A stretch of 29,199 nt of DNA from positions 1 through 29,199 of the IMG/VR virus record IMGVR_UViG_3300012952_000087, one strand, 5' to 3'. Below are positions 10,501 through 20,800 of the stretch, piece after piece. Both the position numbers and the translations under genes were made by a program. The notes under the pieces were generated by a model. It had not been told where the DNA came from, made no database searches, and saw nothing but the letters and a program-made list of their open reading frames with translations. The stretch comes from a virus. Its lineage: Duplodnaviria > Caudoviricetes. Every line of letters starts with the position of its first letter. The first letter of the stretch is position 1.

Positions 10501-13030
10501 AAGGAACAACAAAATGAGAAATAGTATTGTCTTTAGCAATTCTCTTAGTGTTATTAGATTCGTCTCTAATTGCTTCACCAGATTTGAAATTACCAAATAT
10601 GGTTTTAACCATCAAGATATTATTAGTACTATACTTACCAGATGGATATGCTTCACCCTCTACAACACCATAAGCACCACTCTCAAGACCATATACGTAC
10701 ATACCAGGAGTAAACGTAGTTAAATCTGTATTTGGTGCATCCAGTACGATTTTAGTAAAAAACTGTGGGTCAAAATATGATAGTCCAAATGTACTATTGT
10801 AACTTGATTTACCATCAGAAGATCTTCCACGTGAAACTATAATATCAGTATCAACATTAAAACCAGTTCCTCTTTCAACTAAGGTAATGTTACTTGGTTT
10901 CGCTGTTCCTATAACTGGTGTTATAACTTCATTGTAGTCAACTATATGACCAAAGAAAGTTGTGTTATCTTTTACTTTAGCATCAGCTTCGGTTAAGAAT
11001 AACTTTCTTGTTTTTAGACTTTCTCCATCATCATAATCAAGGAATTTTGTTATAAGATCATCTTTAGGTCCAGAAATAGTTAGTTCTAAGTAAGTATCTG
11101 AAGTAGATGTACTTACTTCTTTTCTATTAACTTTTGAAAATGCAAGTGAATTTATTTTTTTAACATCATTTGGAGTATCAGTATCATCTCTTGCAGAAAC
11201 ATACCATAGTTCTCCTATAGTATTTTGCCAATCTATATCACTAACTGATGCTAAAGTTACTGTTAATGATGTTGAAGCACCTGTTCCTAGTTGAGCAGCA
11301 GGACATGTGACAGTTTCATTATTGGCATAACCAACACCACCATTACTTATTGCTACACCTGTAACTGCACCATTACTATCAATAGTAACACTAAGTATCA
11401 AACCATTACCCGAACCACCTTCGGGAGTTACTGTATGAGTATCTGCTTGACTTGCAAGTCCTGTGTAAGCACCAGGTGTTACAGAAAGAACAACACCAGC
11501 AGCAAGACCTAGATTATTATAGAGTTGTGTAGATGATGAATTAACTTTGAGATAAACTGTCTTAGTTGCAGCATTTACATCAAGAAACTTTCCTCTGCGA
11601 TCCAAAGTTTGCTTAAGGTCTGTATCTCCTTCACTATCATTCAAACCAATTGATCCATCATTAAATGTACTACAAAGAAATACATTTGGATATGCAGTTA
11701 AATCAGTTCCTGTAGAATTGATTATACCAGCCTGAGCATTTAGTGGTACAGTTCCATATACATTAGTAACATTATAAGTAGGAAGTCCTTGAGTCTTTAA
11801 GCGAATATCTGCTCTATCAAGAGTCTCCCTTGCTTTATCAATTGGATAATACTTTGTCTCTTTATTGACAATCTCATATCCTTTAACATATGCCTTACCT
11901 GGTCCAACACTTGCTACTAACTTATCATCTGCCTCAGTAGTAGTTAATCCATTTATTTTACCAAAAGAATCAGCAGAGTATACACCTAAGTTTCCACCTT
12001 GCTTACGGTACTCTCTTACATCAAGAGAAAAATTGTCAACAATATAATCTCCAGACTCATCATAAGTTCTTCTTGCTAAAGTATTCTCAAGAAGATTGTA
12101 GTCTGTTTGTACTATTTGACTTTGTACAGCACCATTTCTTACAGTCAACAACTGTATAAAATTCTTATCAGTTACTTGAGATAAAGAATATTGTACAAGA
12201 GTAAGAGTTATCTTTAACCTATTAGCACCTGGTGCAGTATAATTACTAGATCCAATTGAATTGTCATATAAAGATTCTTCTTCTTCTGCTGTTACAACAC
12301 TCTCTTCAATCTTAAATCCAACTTTAGTTGATGGTTTATCATAATACTTGTCAATAACCACTAACTGTGAACTATTCTTTACAAAATATCCATTTACAAA
12401 ATAAATTCCTTCTTCTACTTTAACAGCAGAAGCATATCCCATTGCAGGACTCTCTAACGCTGTTGATGCACCTGTGTCAGGATCAGTAATAGAAATACTA
12501 GTAGGAAGTACGCTTCCATCGGTTCCAACCACTAAGAGTGGTGTATTAACGCCATCTACGACCTCTAGGGTCTCACCTTGTCGGAATGTATCCTCATTAC
12601 CTGCATCACCACTATTTGTATAGTTTATATAAATTACATCTGATGTAGTTTCTGTTGCTGTGTGAGAATCAACTACATTACCAGTAACACCAGAAGTTAA
12701 TCCTTTAATTACTTGTCCTTTTAACTGTGATATATCATACTTTTTGTAAACAACCTGTCCATCTTGGTTTACAGGTATTTCAGACACAGAAGATAACTTA
12801 ACATAGTTAAGTTTGGTATTAAGCCCAACTTCTCCAGGAATGACAAGTTCACCTTGTTTAAAGGCATACTTACCAAAACTTTCTATCTGATTTTGCAGAA
12901 TAGACTGTAACTGGGTTAACTCTCTCGCTTGGATAGAATATCCAGGGCGAAAGAGCACCTTGTAAAAGTTCTTATCCTGTGAAAAATCATCGTAGTATGG
13001 AGCTACATTTAGGTTCGTCTTCTGAGGCAT
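4562..13030 (-). CDS. Large virion structural protein, DUF4815/VrlC-like (2822 aa)
   Basis: N-terminal motif NLNVAPYYDDF...FRPGYSIQARELTQLQSILQNQIE; LARRTYDESGDY; RYTMRDIGKLEKRIERLEYYTTLSILE; PLAQTF; C-terminal FAIKVVM...PKIQDLRAVA. It lies directly downstream of gp8, as is usual in cyanomyoviruses. Confidence 0.85.
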   Translation of the reverse strand: MPQKTNLNVAPYYDDFSQDKNFYKVLFRPGYSIQARELTQLQSILQNQIESFGKYAFKQGELVIPGEVGLNTKLNYVKLSSVSEIPVNQDGQVVYKKYDISQLKGQVIKGLTSGVTGNVVDSHTATETTSDVIYINYTNSGDAGNEDTFRQGETLEVVDGVNTPLLVVGTDGSVLPTSISITDPDTGASTALESPAMGYASAVKVEEGIYFVNGYFVKNSSQLVVIDKYYDKPSTKVGFKIEESVVTAEEEESLYDNSIGSSNYTAPGANRLKITLTLVQYSLSQVTDKNFIQLLTVRNGAVQSQIVQTDYNLLENTLARRTYDESGDYIVDNFSLDVREYRKQGGNLGVYSADSFGKINGLTTTEADDKLVASVGPGKAYVKGYEIVNKETKYYPIDKARETLDRADIRLKTQGLPTYNVTNVYGTVPLNAQAGIINSTGTDLTAYPNVFLCSTFNDGSIGLNDSEGDTDLKQTLDRRGKFLDVNAATKTVYLKVNSSSTQLYNNLGLAAGVVLSVTPGAYTGLASQADTHTVTPEGGSGNGLILSVTIDSNGAVTGVAISNGGVGYANNETVTCPAAQLGTGASTSLTVTLASVSDIDWQNTIGELWYVSARDDTDTPNDVKKINSLAFSKVNRKEVSTSTSDTYLELTISGPKDDLITKFLDYDDGESLKTRKLFLTEADAKVKDNTTFFGHIVDYNEVITPVIGTAKPSNITLVERGTGFNVDTDIIVSRGRSSDGKSSYNSTFGLSYFDPQFFTKIVLDAPNTDLTTFTPGMYVYGLESGAYGVVEGEAYPSGKYSTNNILMVKTIFGNFKSGEAIRDESNNTKRIAKDNTISHFVVPYRGGNYATGSTISIDGIHYGSDKVSVGLIGGGIYKVNIEDIESFKTEYAKPPVVIGVSSGGTPTAAIIIPVLVRNSVTTYTPQNVKSFFCKYSSGNENLFTSDIEVNKEEYSEVTAITSSTFSGDQGRKYIECNGFGGDASKFLLQGDLVQFTDNEDRTLRAVVQQATKPQGINKSRIYLDRSLPSGLTNANVVRIRPSINNFNKGTLLYKTGTKQVSSVVAGSEDSKITYYLRKDFTAAGAAGTGGGITFVADLPYGTQRFVSFSESNFLVTVLNKGITTGTSLVEDGDVLYIRPDQVSIASSVDSASGLQAGSVTLNLPSNFFGAEPNTYTKFPTLKVTATLEVTKAKPRLKTAVANKRIIIDSVGDKVTPFRGKDYDQDSTDVFSYADAYKLRYVYEGTISAAPSVDINGNIINGTDVTNRFTFDDGQRDTVYDISRIVLKPGTESPVGKLLIAFDYFEHTQGDFCTVDSYLHEAGVGSEDIPSFNSPALGKVSLSDVLDFRPKVDNDCITSGFNNNALLSASNTRSFTGAGGVVTSTPAPDSNLEYTFSFTQTQFLNRIDALFLNKKGEFIIKKGNSSLNPSKPDPISDAISLYYMYVPAYTYSSKDVRIVPVDNKRYTMRDIGKLEKRIERLEYYTTLSILEQQALNMHITNSNGVNRFKSGFIVDNFETHKIGSLSSLDYKCSVDTQQSVMRPQSNEESLELKEVNTREDQRVTAGYVRNGDRVTLPYSELELLGNSFATKTINPNPFVVLQYVGDSFIGPVADSWYDTSTTPLVKDNNTNLYSIFIAKNKVRDAFSSLYNSYKINWLGANRAFFNIGSFADVNSDISDSSVTQASVGSSSNISPENNEIGKGLVTKGVGSSVVATSLSFFARSIPVKFVINRLKPNTNISVFMEGQDISRWVNPDFRYTGIAGNSLSTFNSSIVTDSNGSASGIVLIPCGKPPRENSTWTGNVDTVLYDNDADEIKFTAGVKTIRFTSSSTDADKDTVDTYAEVQYYATGTLPENPSSIISTTPAYFKANEGTQITDSNTSNPIRPNPLAQTFTVEGFEGGVFTTGIDLFFAQKSNTIPIRVYLTDVQNSKPGKNIVPGTQTVVSPDTYLRVVASDTLTITKAEKVTGTASNASGPISRVIDRNGIEVASTATGQITLTSDQVYNLVLSNYNGTDFVQDEILSVSSITQYNNANNTSLSLKIVKDSGRVTNLNIKNTGYDYDSAVVTIESPQLPGGGNATATVRVSGKKVYHSDLVLSGSEYTEPPAVVIRGTGTGNAGAEIESFITIDSPAVRMGIAIDEAGTTASITPTNFKFDYPVYLQNDTEYALAIETDSVEYDIWASKLGETEIATSTIVTTQPSLGSLFKSQNTNAWTEDLFEDVKFSLHRAEFSIDRPAELLLTNEDLGYTLLDADPIETDSSSDAGSTSSLFRNNNIVVKVNHPNNGFENTNSHVFFNGIVDVGGLTSSKLNTELYKVTNVGTDHYNVTTTSRATTNAIGGGTGVLASYNRKSEKLHAVVPNLTFSTTSIDTEIKTTPIAPIDDNVGTFTSYDQTNTYEKTFLNEDFFFINQKVIASKINQTVNNIDRSLEYKLTLDSDVSHLSPFIDLSRSSLKLISNRIENAKGQENRFGRRNQLIEFYDIYSFQTSGVDIAGGESIDLYQTVTGQTSNASGEIVKVNNASIWVKLKTVSVFSAGEKLTFEQSATAAKAFVGDVTISTSGSTPVSKEDINIPWTTSPATYITARNPSRTWENNKLSELYTGKISGRVILWNPITKVLELVNDKNPINDDYTSPWQSGALARTEDVSNMANDVFRVNDIISYTGQASDEYGWLEISKVSYTDGVEFTSESQSKNSSSLAKYVTKEVSIENPGTTIDVKLTANTTDIKNIELLYRFKKSSSQENFEDIEWIHFNGTGLPDIDVIATAENSISGITERQESYQELSYSVEDLPEFSSFAIKVVMKSSNPAFVPKIQDLRAVASY

Positions 13031-13062
13031 CTCACTTTATCTCTAGTTTTTTGGGATAAGAA

Positions 13063-14829
13063 TCAGAATTCAATTACAAGTTTAATGTCCTCTATCTGAT
13101 CAGGAGCACGTGTAATCTGTCTTCTATTCTCTATGTATACGATATCCCCAGAGTTAGCAGCGATTTCAGGAGATGCTAAACCTCCAGTAAATCCAATATC
13201 TGATAGAACTGTATTCTGTGCAGTATCAACTGTTCCTGAAGCGGTTGAAGTACCACCAACAACTGCATTAGCAGCATCAGAAGCAAATGCTAATACAGTA
13301 CCAGCATCAGTATGTGTTGTAGGAGATTGGAAATACTTTAATATACCATTAGTAGAATCCCAAGAAACTACAGTAGCTTTAGCAGTACCACCAGTAACTG
13401 TCTGTGTAATCGTTTCATCAGCAACATAATCAGCAGTAGCACCATTGATCTTCAATACAGAAGTTCCACGTAATGTACTATTTGTAGCAAAATTAGTAGT
13501 ACCAAAATCAAATGGATCTTGAATAATACCAATTCTACGGAAATCATTATCTACAGGGAAGTCTCCAGAACCTTCTGCATAAGTCAGACGAATATTCGTC
13601 ATAACTCTCTTAGCAAATAATTCTGCTTCAGCACTAGAACCGTGACCGCCTTCAGGTGAAATAACAACTTCAATTCCACCAACAGCAGTAAACGCAGCAG
13701 GGTTAGTTGTCAATCCAGTATCAGTAAATACTGTGGATGTAGATAGAATTACATTACCATAGGTATATCCAGAACCTACAGATTCCATACCAATAGTAGA
13801 TACAGCACCGCCAGCAGTTGTTTCAATTTTAACAACAGCACCATTTCCATCACCCTTAACAGGTGTGTATAAAGTTGCGGATGCAGGTAATCCACTAGTT
13901 CCTACATTATTATCCAATGCTACATGAATAGCACCAGCAACAGCAGCACCCTCAACAGAAACTCTAGATGCTTCTCCAGCAGCAGCGATGGGGATAAAGT
14001 CTGTAGATAAGAAGGAAAGCACGTCACCTGTTGTCAAGGTGTACATATGCTTCCAAACATAATTACCTGTTGATTCAGTATAAACTCCATTAGCAAATGT
14101 ACCTGCTCCAGCACTAGGAGAAGAAGTTGGTTCACCGTTGGCAGCAACGTTTACACCAGTTGGGTTAGCAGAACTCTGTCCATTATAAAGACACTTAAAG
14201 ACTTGATAATTAGAATTCATAACATAAAACTTAGATCCAGGAAGACTGCTTGATCCACCAGTAGCAGGTTGTATACCAATCGCTCCACCACCAGCAGGAG
14301 TTGCTGAATAGTTTGGACGGTACATATCAAACTTTGGATTAATAGTTGTGTTCCAGTTGTAACGGGGAACAACTAAACGAGCAAAAGTATCAGTAATACG
14401 CTTGGCAGCAATTAACTCTTCATAAACATCTTGTTTTTCAGCCTGGTTGTCTATGGGAGTAGGGGGAACTTCCTCAGTAGCGTATCTATACGCTCCAGAA
14501 GCAGCAGTAGCACCTGAAGTACCACCAGTGATGGTAGTTCCAAATGCGGGTGTTGTAGTCGCTGTAGGAAGGATTGTAGTAAGTAGTAGACTGTTCGCTT
14601 GAACTTCAGATACTACTCCACTCCATCCACCGCCACTAACGGTTTCTCCAACAGAAAATGCGGTTGCACTCTGATTGAAGATGTCAAGGTGAGCGTCCCA
14701 TTTAGTTGAACGTCCCACAAAGAAATACATTCTTGTACGATCAGCAGTTCCTGCGGTTCCTTCACTAAGGGACTCTAAGAACTGCTTCGCATTGAAGATT
14801 CTAAATTTTTCTGAAATAATAGCTGCCAT
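13063..14829 (-). CDS. gp8: Baseplate wedge subunit, T4 gp8-like (588 aa)
   Basis: MAAIISEKFRIFNAKQFLESL; FYVMNSNYQVFKCLYNG; YVWKHMYT; C-terminal SGDIVYIENRRQITRAPDQIEDIKLVIEF. Gene order gp25-gp6-gp7-gp8. Confidence 0.9.
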   Translation of the reverse strand: MAAIISEKFRIFNAKQFLESLSEGTAGTADRTRMYFFVGRSTKWDAHLDIFNQSATAFSVGETVSGGGWSGVVSEVQANSLLLTTILPTATTTPAFGTTITGGTSGATAASGAYRYATEEVPPTPIDNQAEKQDVYEELIAAKRITDTFARLVVPRYNWNTTINPKFDMYRPNYSATPAGGGAIGIQPATGGSSSLPGSKFYVMNSNYQVFKCLYNGQSSANPTGVNVAANGEPTSSPSAGAGTFANGVYTESTGNYVWKHMYTLTTGDVLSFLSTDFIPIAAAGEASRVSVEGAAVAGAIHVALDNNVGTSGLPASATLYTPVKGDGNGAVVKIETTAGGAVSTIGMESVGSGYTYGNVILSTSTVFTDTGLTTNPAAFTAVGGIEVVISPEGGHGSSAEAELFAKRVMTNIRLTYAEGSGDFPVDNDFRRIGIIQDPFDFGTTNFATNSTLRGTSVLKINGATADYVADETITQTVTGGTAKATVVSWDSTNGILKYFQSPTTHTDAGTVLAFASDAANAVVGGTSTASGTVDTAQNTVLSDIGFTGGLASPEIAANSGDIVYIENRRQITRAPDQIEDIKLVIEF

Positions 14830-14866
14830 TTGCCAAAGCTCGTGATTGTATAGACTGAATCTGGTT

Positions 14867-14874
14867 TATTTATA
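14867..14874 (-). promoter_or_regulatory. T4-type late (gp55) promoter TATAAATA
   Basis: Exact consensus in the gp7-gp8 intergenic gap, about 38 nt upstream of the gp8 ATG. Confidence 0.85.
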
Positions 14875-14879
14875 ATAAT

Positions 14880-17800
14880 TTATAAAGCGTTTCTGAGGTA
14901 CTCACCTATAGTGTGTGACTCAATAGGAGTGTTGTTTACTCCACGAGTACAACCTAAGAAACGATCATTCATTTTACTTGTATAAGAAATTTGTTCTCTA
15001 CCTAATAAAATTGTCCCTGTAGAAGGGAAGTTGGTAGTATTTGCATACACTGTTTCATTAGTAGCAAGATAACCACCACCACTCTCGTTTGGTAGATCAG
15101 AAGTATCTAGTTGACTAACATAATGATTTATAGAAGGATAACCAATATTAAATATGTAATCATTTGATGCAACCATACTCTGTGCTTGATCTTCAAAAGT
15201 ACGTAACTCTAGATCAAACCCCTCAAACTCCTGAATGGTATATGCGGAAACTGAGACACCACCAGTAGATAATATATCACCAGTAGTCATGAACTTAGCA
15301 CCTTCCCACTGAAGGAACCTTGGTCCCAATGTTCCCTGTTCATATACTGTTTGATATCCAATTCTCCGTAGATCAACAAATCCCATATTATATAATGCTT
15401 TCTTCTCCATAGGTAGTTGTATCCCTCCACCTCCAATAGGATTACCATCACCAGGACTACCATCAGGACGTACTCTTCTGTTACCATACTGATCAATCTC
15501 AATAACAGGTAATCTTAATTGAACAATAGTTTTAGTTTCAATTTCTAGAGTTACTTGTTTCTTAACACTAGGAGAAGGTATAGATGCTATTGCTGGTGGG
15601 TAGTACTTATTGATTTGTTGAGTAATAGGTTTAATATCTACACTAGATGAGGTTTGTATAGTAGTAGTAATCTTCTGCTTACATCCTTCTGGAGTGGTAA
15701 TTGTCATATTGAGATTACCCAATATAGTACCAACCTCAAAACCCTTGAATCTAGTAACTTCTGAATAAACAGCAACAGGAGATGGATATACAAGACTAGG
15801 ATTGAATTTTAGAGTAAACGTACTCGCAATCTTCCTACCACGCTGTTTGATGATCTTATATTGTCTTGCTGTAACAATCTTTGGTGCTTGTGTATAACCA
15901 CTACCACCATTAGTTAATACAATATCAACAATATGACCAGCAGAAACTATTACTTCTGCCGTTGCTCCACCACCATTTTGATCAACAGGTACAAAATGTA
16001 GTACAGGTGTACTATCATATCCAAACGCAGTTGATCCTTTAGTTACCTTCCACTCAGATTCTATCATCTCTATGGTTGCTTTATTCCATGAAACAGAAGA
16101 AACCTTACCACCATCAATCTCACATGTTGCACTAAGTCCAACACCCCTTGTGTCACCTGCATAATTGGTTGTAATAATTGTTCCAAAGAAACCAGTGGAC
16201 ACTTCCTCTTGTGGCACATAGGTCTTAGGATTTACATACCTAGGTAATCCATTAATTGTTCTGTAGTCATCTTCACCATCAATTTTAACTATATCACCAT
16301 CGTTTACATTTGATAGTAATCTATTCCTTACATAGAAAGCCTCATCTGCTCTTGGAGTACCGTATAACCACCTAGCAGAGTTTCTCTGCATTCTATAATT
16401 CTGATCACTATCTCTAACAACTGCTATAGTATTAGTTACACCAGTAAGTTCATACTCATCAGCAAAGTCAGAAGATCTAGCAAAGAAAACAGAAGAACCA
16501 TCTAGGTCTGGATTGTTACCAACCAAAGTAATAATTAATTTCTGATCTGTGGTTGTATATGTTTTAACATTACCAAGCATACGCTTAGTTCCACCAACCT
16601 TTTGGTATGCTACTTGGAAATAATCATATGATAAACCATACCAATCTTTCCAAGCACCAAAAGTATCAGTAGAACCTGCATCACAAGTAAGAATAATTTC
16701 ATTAAAATATTGCCCTGCCTCAAAATCATATAGAGTCATAGCAGGATCAATATCTCTACCATAAAGAACAATAATCTCTACATTGTTTTCTTTCTTTATC
16801 GTTTTATTGAATGTAATAGCAGGTCCAACAATATTATAAGAATCTTCTTCTCTTTGTAATACACCATCAATAAAGACCAGTACAAGTCTTGTATCATTTA
16901 TTACTTTTACTTTTTTGTCTGGATCTAATATTAAATAAGGTCCAGCAGAATCTTCCTCTGTAATAGAACATCTAAGATAACTACCAATACCATGACCAAA
17001 GAACTTTTCAACTGCTAATGGTTCCTGAAGAGTTTTTGTATTTTCTGTCTGATTCCATATAGGTGCTTCATCAAATACAATCTTGTTGGGAACATTAGTT
17101 CTATCAATTGTATATGCAGGATTATGCTGCAATACTCCACTTAATGCAATAAACAGATCTTCATTAACTTGTGTATCAACACCAGTTCCATCCTCATAAT
17201 ATAAATCAAATATTTTACTTTCTCCATTGAAATAGTCAGGATTAGTTAGTGTAGCAGCGTCTTCTCCATTAGTTAATATTAATGTTAGAACATTGGATAA
17301 TGTATCTAATGCAGAAAGAACATTAGCACATTTATTAGGAGCACTATCTTCTAATATATGAATATTCTCGTATCCATCACTCAGTTCGTTATTAACTGCC
17401 TGTTTAGCAAGACTAACAGCATATTGATATGCTTCCACTCCTGCTTCTAATTCCGAAGTTTTATCACCTGTCGCTGCATCAGTAAGAACTCCTTCTCCAG
17501 TTAAAGAAGAAAGAACACCACCAGTGTAATAAGATTTACCTTCATACACTGTTTTCCAGTTTCCACCAAATCTTATATCATGTGACCATGCATCTAAAAC
17601 CTGACCTATATTTCTAGAGAACTTACCTTCTGTAACATTCCAAGGTAACTCAGGATATGTAGATTTTATATAAGTAATAGTCTTATCTACTATAGTACTC
17701 CTATTACGTTCAATCTGATTAGCAGAATCAATCCACCTACCACTTCTTTGGAATATGTTCTTAATTTTCTTAAGATACTTTTGGTTAAAAGTATTATCTT

Positions 17801-20800
17801 TAAATTGAAAATATCTTCCATAGAAAGAAACACTAGGAATAGATTGACCACCCTTAACTCTTGATCCAAGAGGAGGTTGTGCAAAGGTTATCTTATCTCC
17901 ATTAATAGTATAAGATACACCTGGTTCTTGTAATATACCATCAAGAGTAATTACAAGAGCTTGTTCATTATATGGTCTAATAGAGTTTCCATTAGCATCA
18001 ACCATATTGAATAATGTTCTTCCTTCTAGATTTCCTTTGTTTGTCAATCCACCATCAAAAGGAAGGTTTAGAAATACATTACCAGCAGTAATCTCAGCAG
18101 TATTGATAGCATCTATAGAAATAGATCCAACACCCTTCTCTACTAAAGTTGGTTGAACAGTTACAATACTTTGAGTTAACTGTCTTCTGGTACTTTCTAC
18201 GGTAATCTTATTAACTACTGGATCCCATAGTTGTATAACACTGGTCTTAGAAGAAACAGTATTACTACTCATCTTGACTTCAGCAGAAGTATTAATACGT
18301 ACTTCTCCAAATAATTGGAATCCTGCTGGATGAGTGGTTTCCTTAATCAGGTTTCTCCATACATCAATTGAAGTTTCTGACTTAATTGTATATGAATAAT
18401 CTTGATAATAATAAGAATCTGTGATTCTTTGATTAGCATCACCAATCTTACCACTATCAGATTTATAATATCCCATATTGTCAAAATATGTCTTGACAAC
18501 AGGAGAATACTCTGTGTATGAAATACTTAAGACATTAGCAGTATTATTTTTAGCAAGACCTTTAATTTCTTTATTTTCTCTTAATATTCCTTGTATTCTA
18601 TCAACAACTAGAATGTTAGATCCTTTTCTCCAAGAAGTTACTCTTGCTCTTGCAACTTCAACAGAACCAGATTTCTGAACTACTGTTTCACCTACACTAA
18701 AAGCATTCTTATCAAAATTAGATAATGTGAGAATATAGTTAGAACTAAACGTAGAACTTAATGTATTATCATTATGATAAGATCCACCATTATTAACTAT
18801 CTTTATATTTCTAGGTGTTCCAATATCATTACTGGATAAGAAACAATTTACATTTTTATCAAGAACTCCATCTTTATCAAATATTCCTGTTACAATAGGA
18901 ATCTGTTTATAATCTACACCAACACTAGTAATCTTAACTGAATTGATTTCACCAACAGATGTCAACGATTTAGAAATATATGAAATTGATCCAGTACCAT
19001 CATTAGTAGCTTCTATATCAGTTGAATACAGAATCTTTGTTGGTGTTGAATATATAACATTCTTTGTTCCTTGTAAAGGATCATCAATAACATTTAAATA
19101 TGAACCTTCAGGATCAATTACGCCATCTCTATCATAATAATAATATTTGATATATGGTGATGGTTGTCTCTTAGTATAAAGATTATTTGTTGTTCTAGGT
19201 CCATAACCTAATTTCAAATCAACAATATTGTTTATCTCTGTTTTCTCTGGAGTAACTAAATTGTAATTAATACTTGGTGATATATCAAACCCAACACCTG
19301 CCATTGATGCATTAAGTGTATTAAAGGTATATTTGTAATACTTTTTAATATCAATTTGTTTATTTCTTTCTCCATCAATCTCAAAACAATACTTTGGATT
19401 AGAAATACTTGAAATTTCTACAAGTCTCTTATCTTGATCAGAATCTGGTTGATCAAAGAAAGTAGAACTTAAAGAAAGAGAAGTTATATTAGATAAAGTT
19501 TTACTAGTATTCCAAGTTATAACTAGTTTTTGAGTCTCTGAGTCATAAGAAACTACAGATCCATCCTCAACCACAAATCCTACAGGTAAATCATATCCAC
19601 CACCATACAAACTGACAGAAGCACCATTAAAATGATTCACTGCCAATGTATTCTTTTGTCCTCTTTGAACAGTAAATATATTCTCTGATCGTGATTGTAT
19701 TAAAACAACTTCACTACCAACATTAAGATAATCACCTTGTTTTAGACCATTCCCATTATCAATAATCAATTCTGTATTATCTGATGCAAATCCAACATGT
19801 TCAACACGAACTAACAATTCAGCAGTATCTACATTTGATTTAAATACAACACTAGTACCTATACTAAGTTCATCTCCTATTGCATACCCAGTTCCCTTGT
19901 CAGTTATCTTTATTTCAAAAATTATATTATCTGATGAAACTTTAATTGTACCTTTTGCTCCTGATCCTTTTCCACCAATTAAATTTACATTAGTGTACTC
20001 ACCCTGAGTATAATCAGCACCTCCATTCAATATAGATATTCTACCGATTCCACTATCACTAAGAACCCTTGCTATGACAGGGTTTTTAAGGATTACATCT
20101 TGATATATTCTTTTGTTTATATTATATGTCTTGGTAGAATTTACATCACTAGGATCAATATCAATATCAATTGTTTCACCAACACCAACACCGTGAGGAG
20201 TATCTGTAGTTAATAATGCTACATTATCCTGTAATTTGAAAATTGGTAAATTCTCACTTAAATTTGAGATAGAAACAATCTTTGCTCCAGGAGTATTCAA
20301 TAAATCAGAACTAGTTAAGAAATAAGTACCATCAACAACAAAACCAGTATCTGTAACCTTTACCTTAACTGTATTTTGTGCAGATGTTGCTTCTAATATT
20401 TCTCCAGCAGCAATAGGAGCATTTACTCCATCACTTAAAGAAAGAATAGCACCCTTTGTATAGGTAACATTAATGTCAAGTATCAATGATAAGACTTTAG
20501 TACTTGATGATAGTACATCAGTACTATTCATACTACCTGAGATATTTTCTATGGCAAAGTTTTTTCCTGAAAATACATTACCAACTATCTTACCACTAGC
20601 ACCTGTTACTGGTTGAGTTATAGTATCTCCATCAAACAAGTAGGCAGTTTTAGAAAGATTTACATATAGTACCTTCTCTTCTTGAGAATCTATAGATATT
20701 ACAGTTTTACCTTTAACAGATTCTACTTCACCAGAAGCACCAAAACCACCAGTATTACTATCATCTATTGATAACTTACAACCAACAGAAAAATTAGCAC

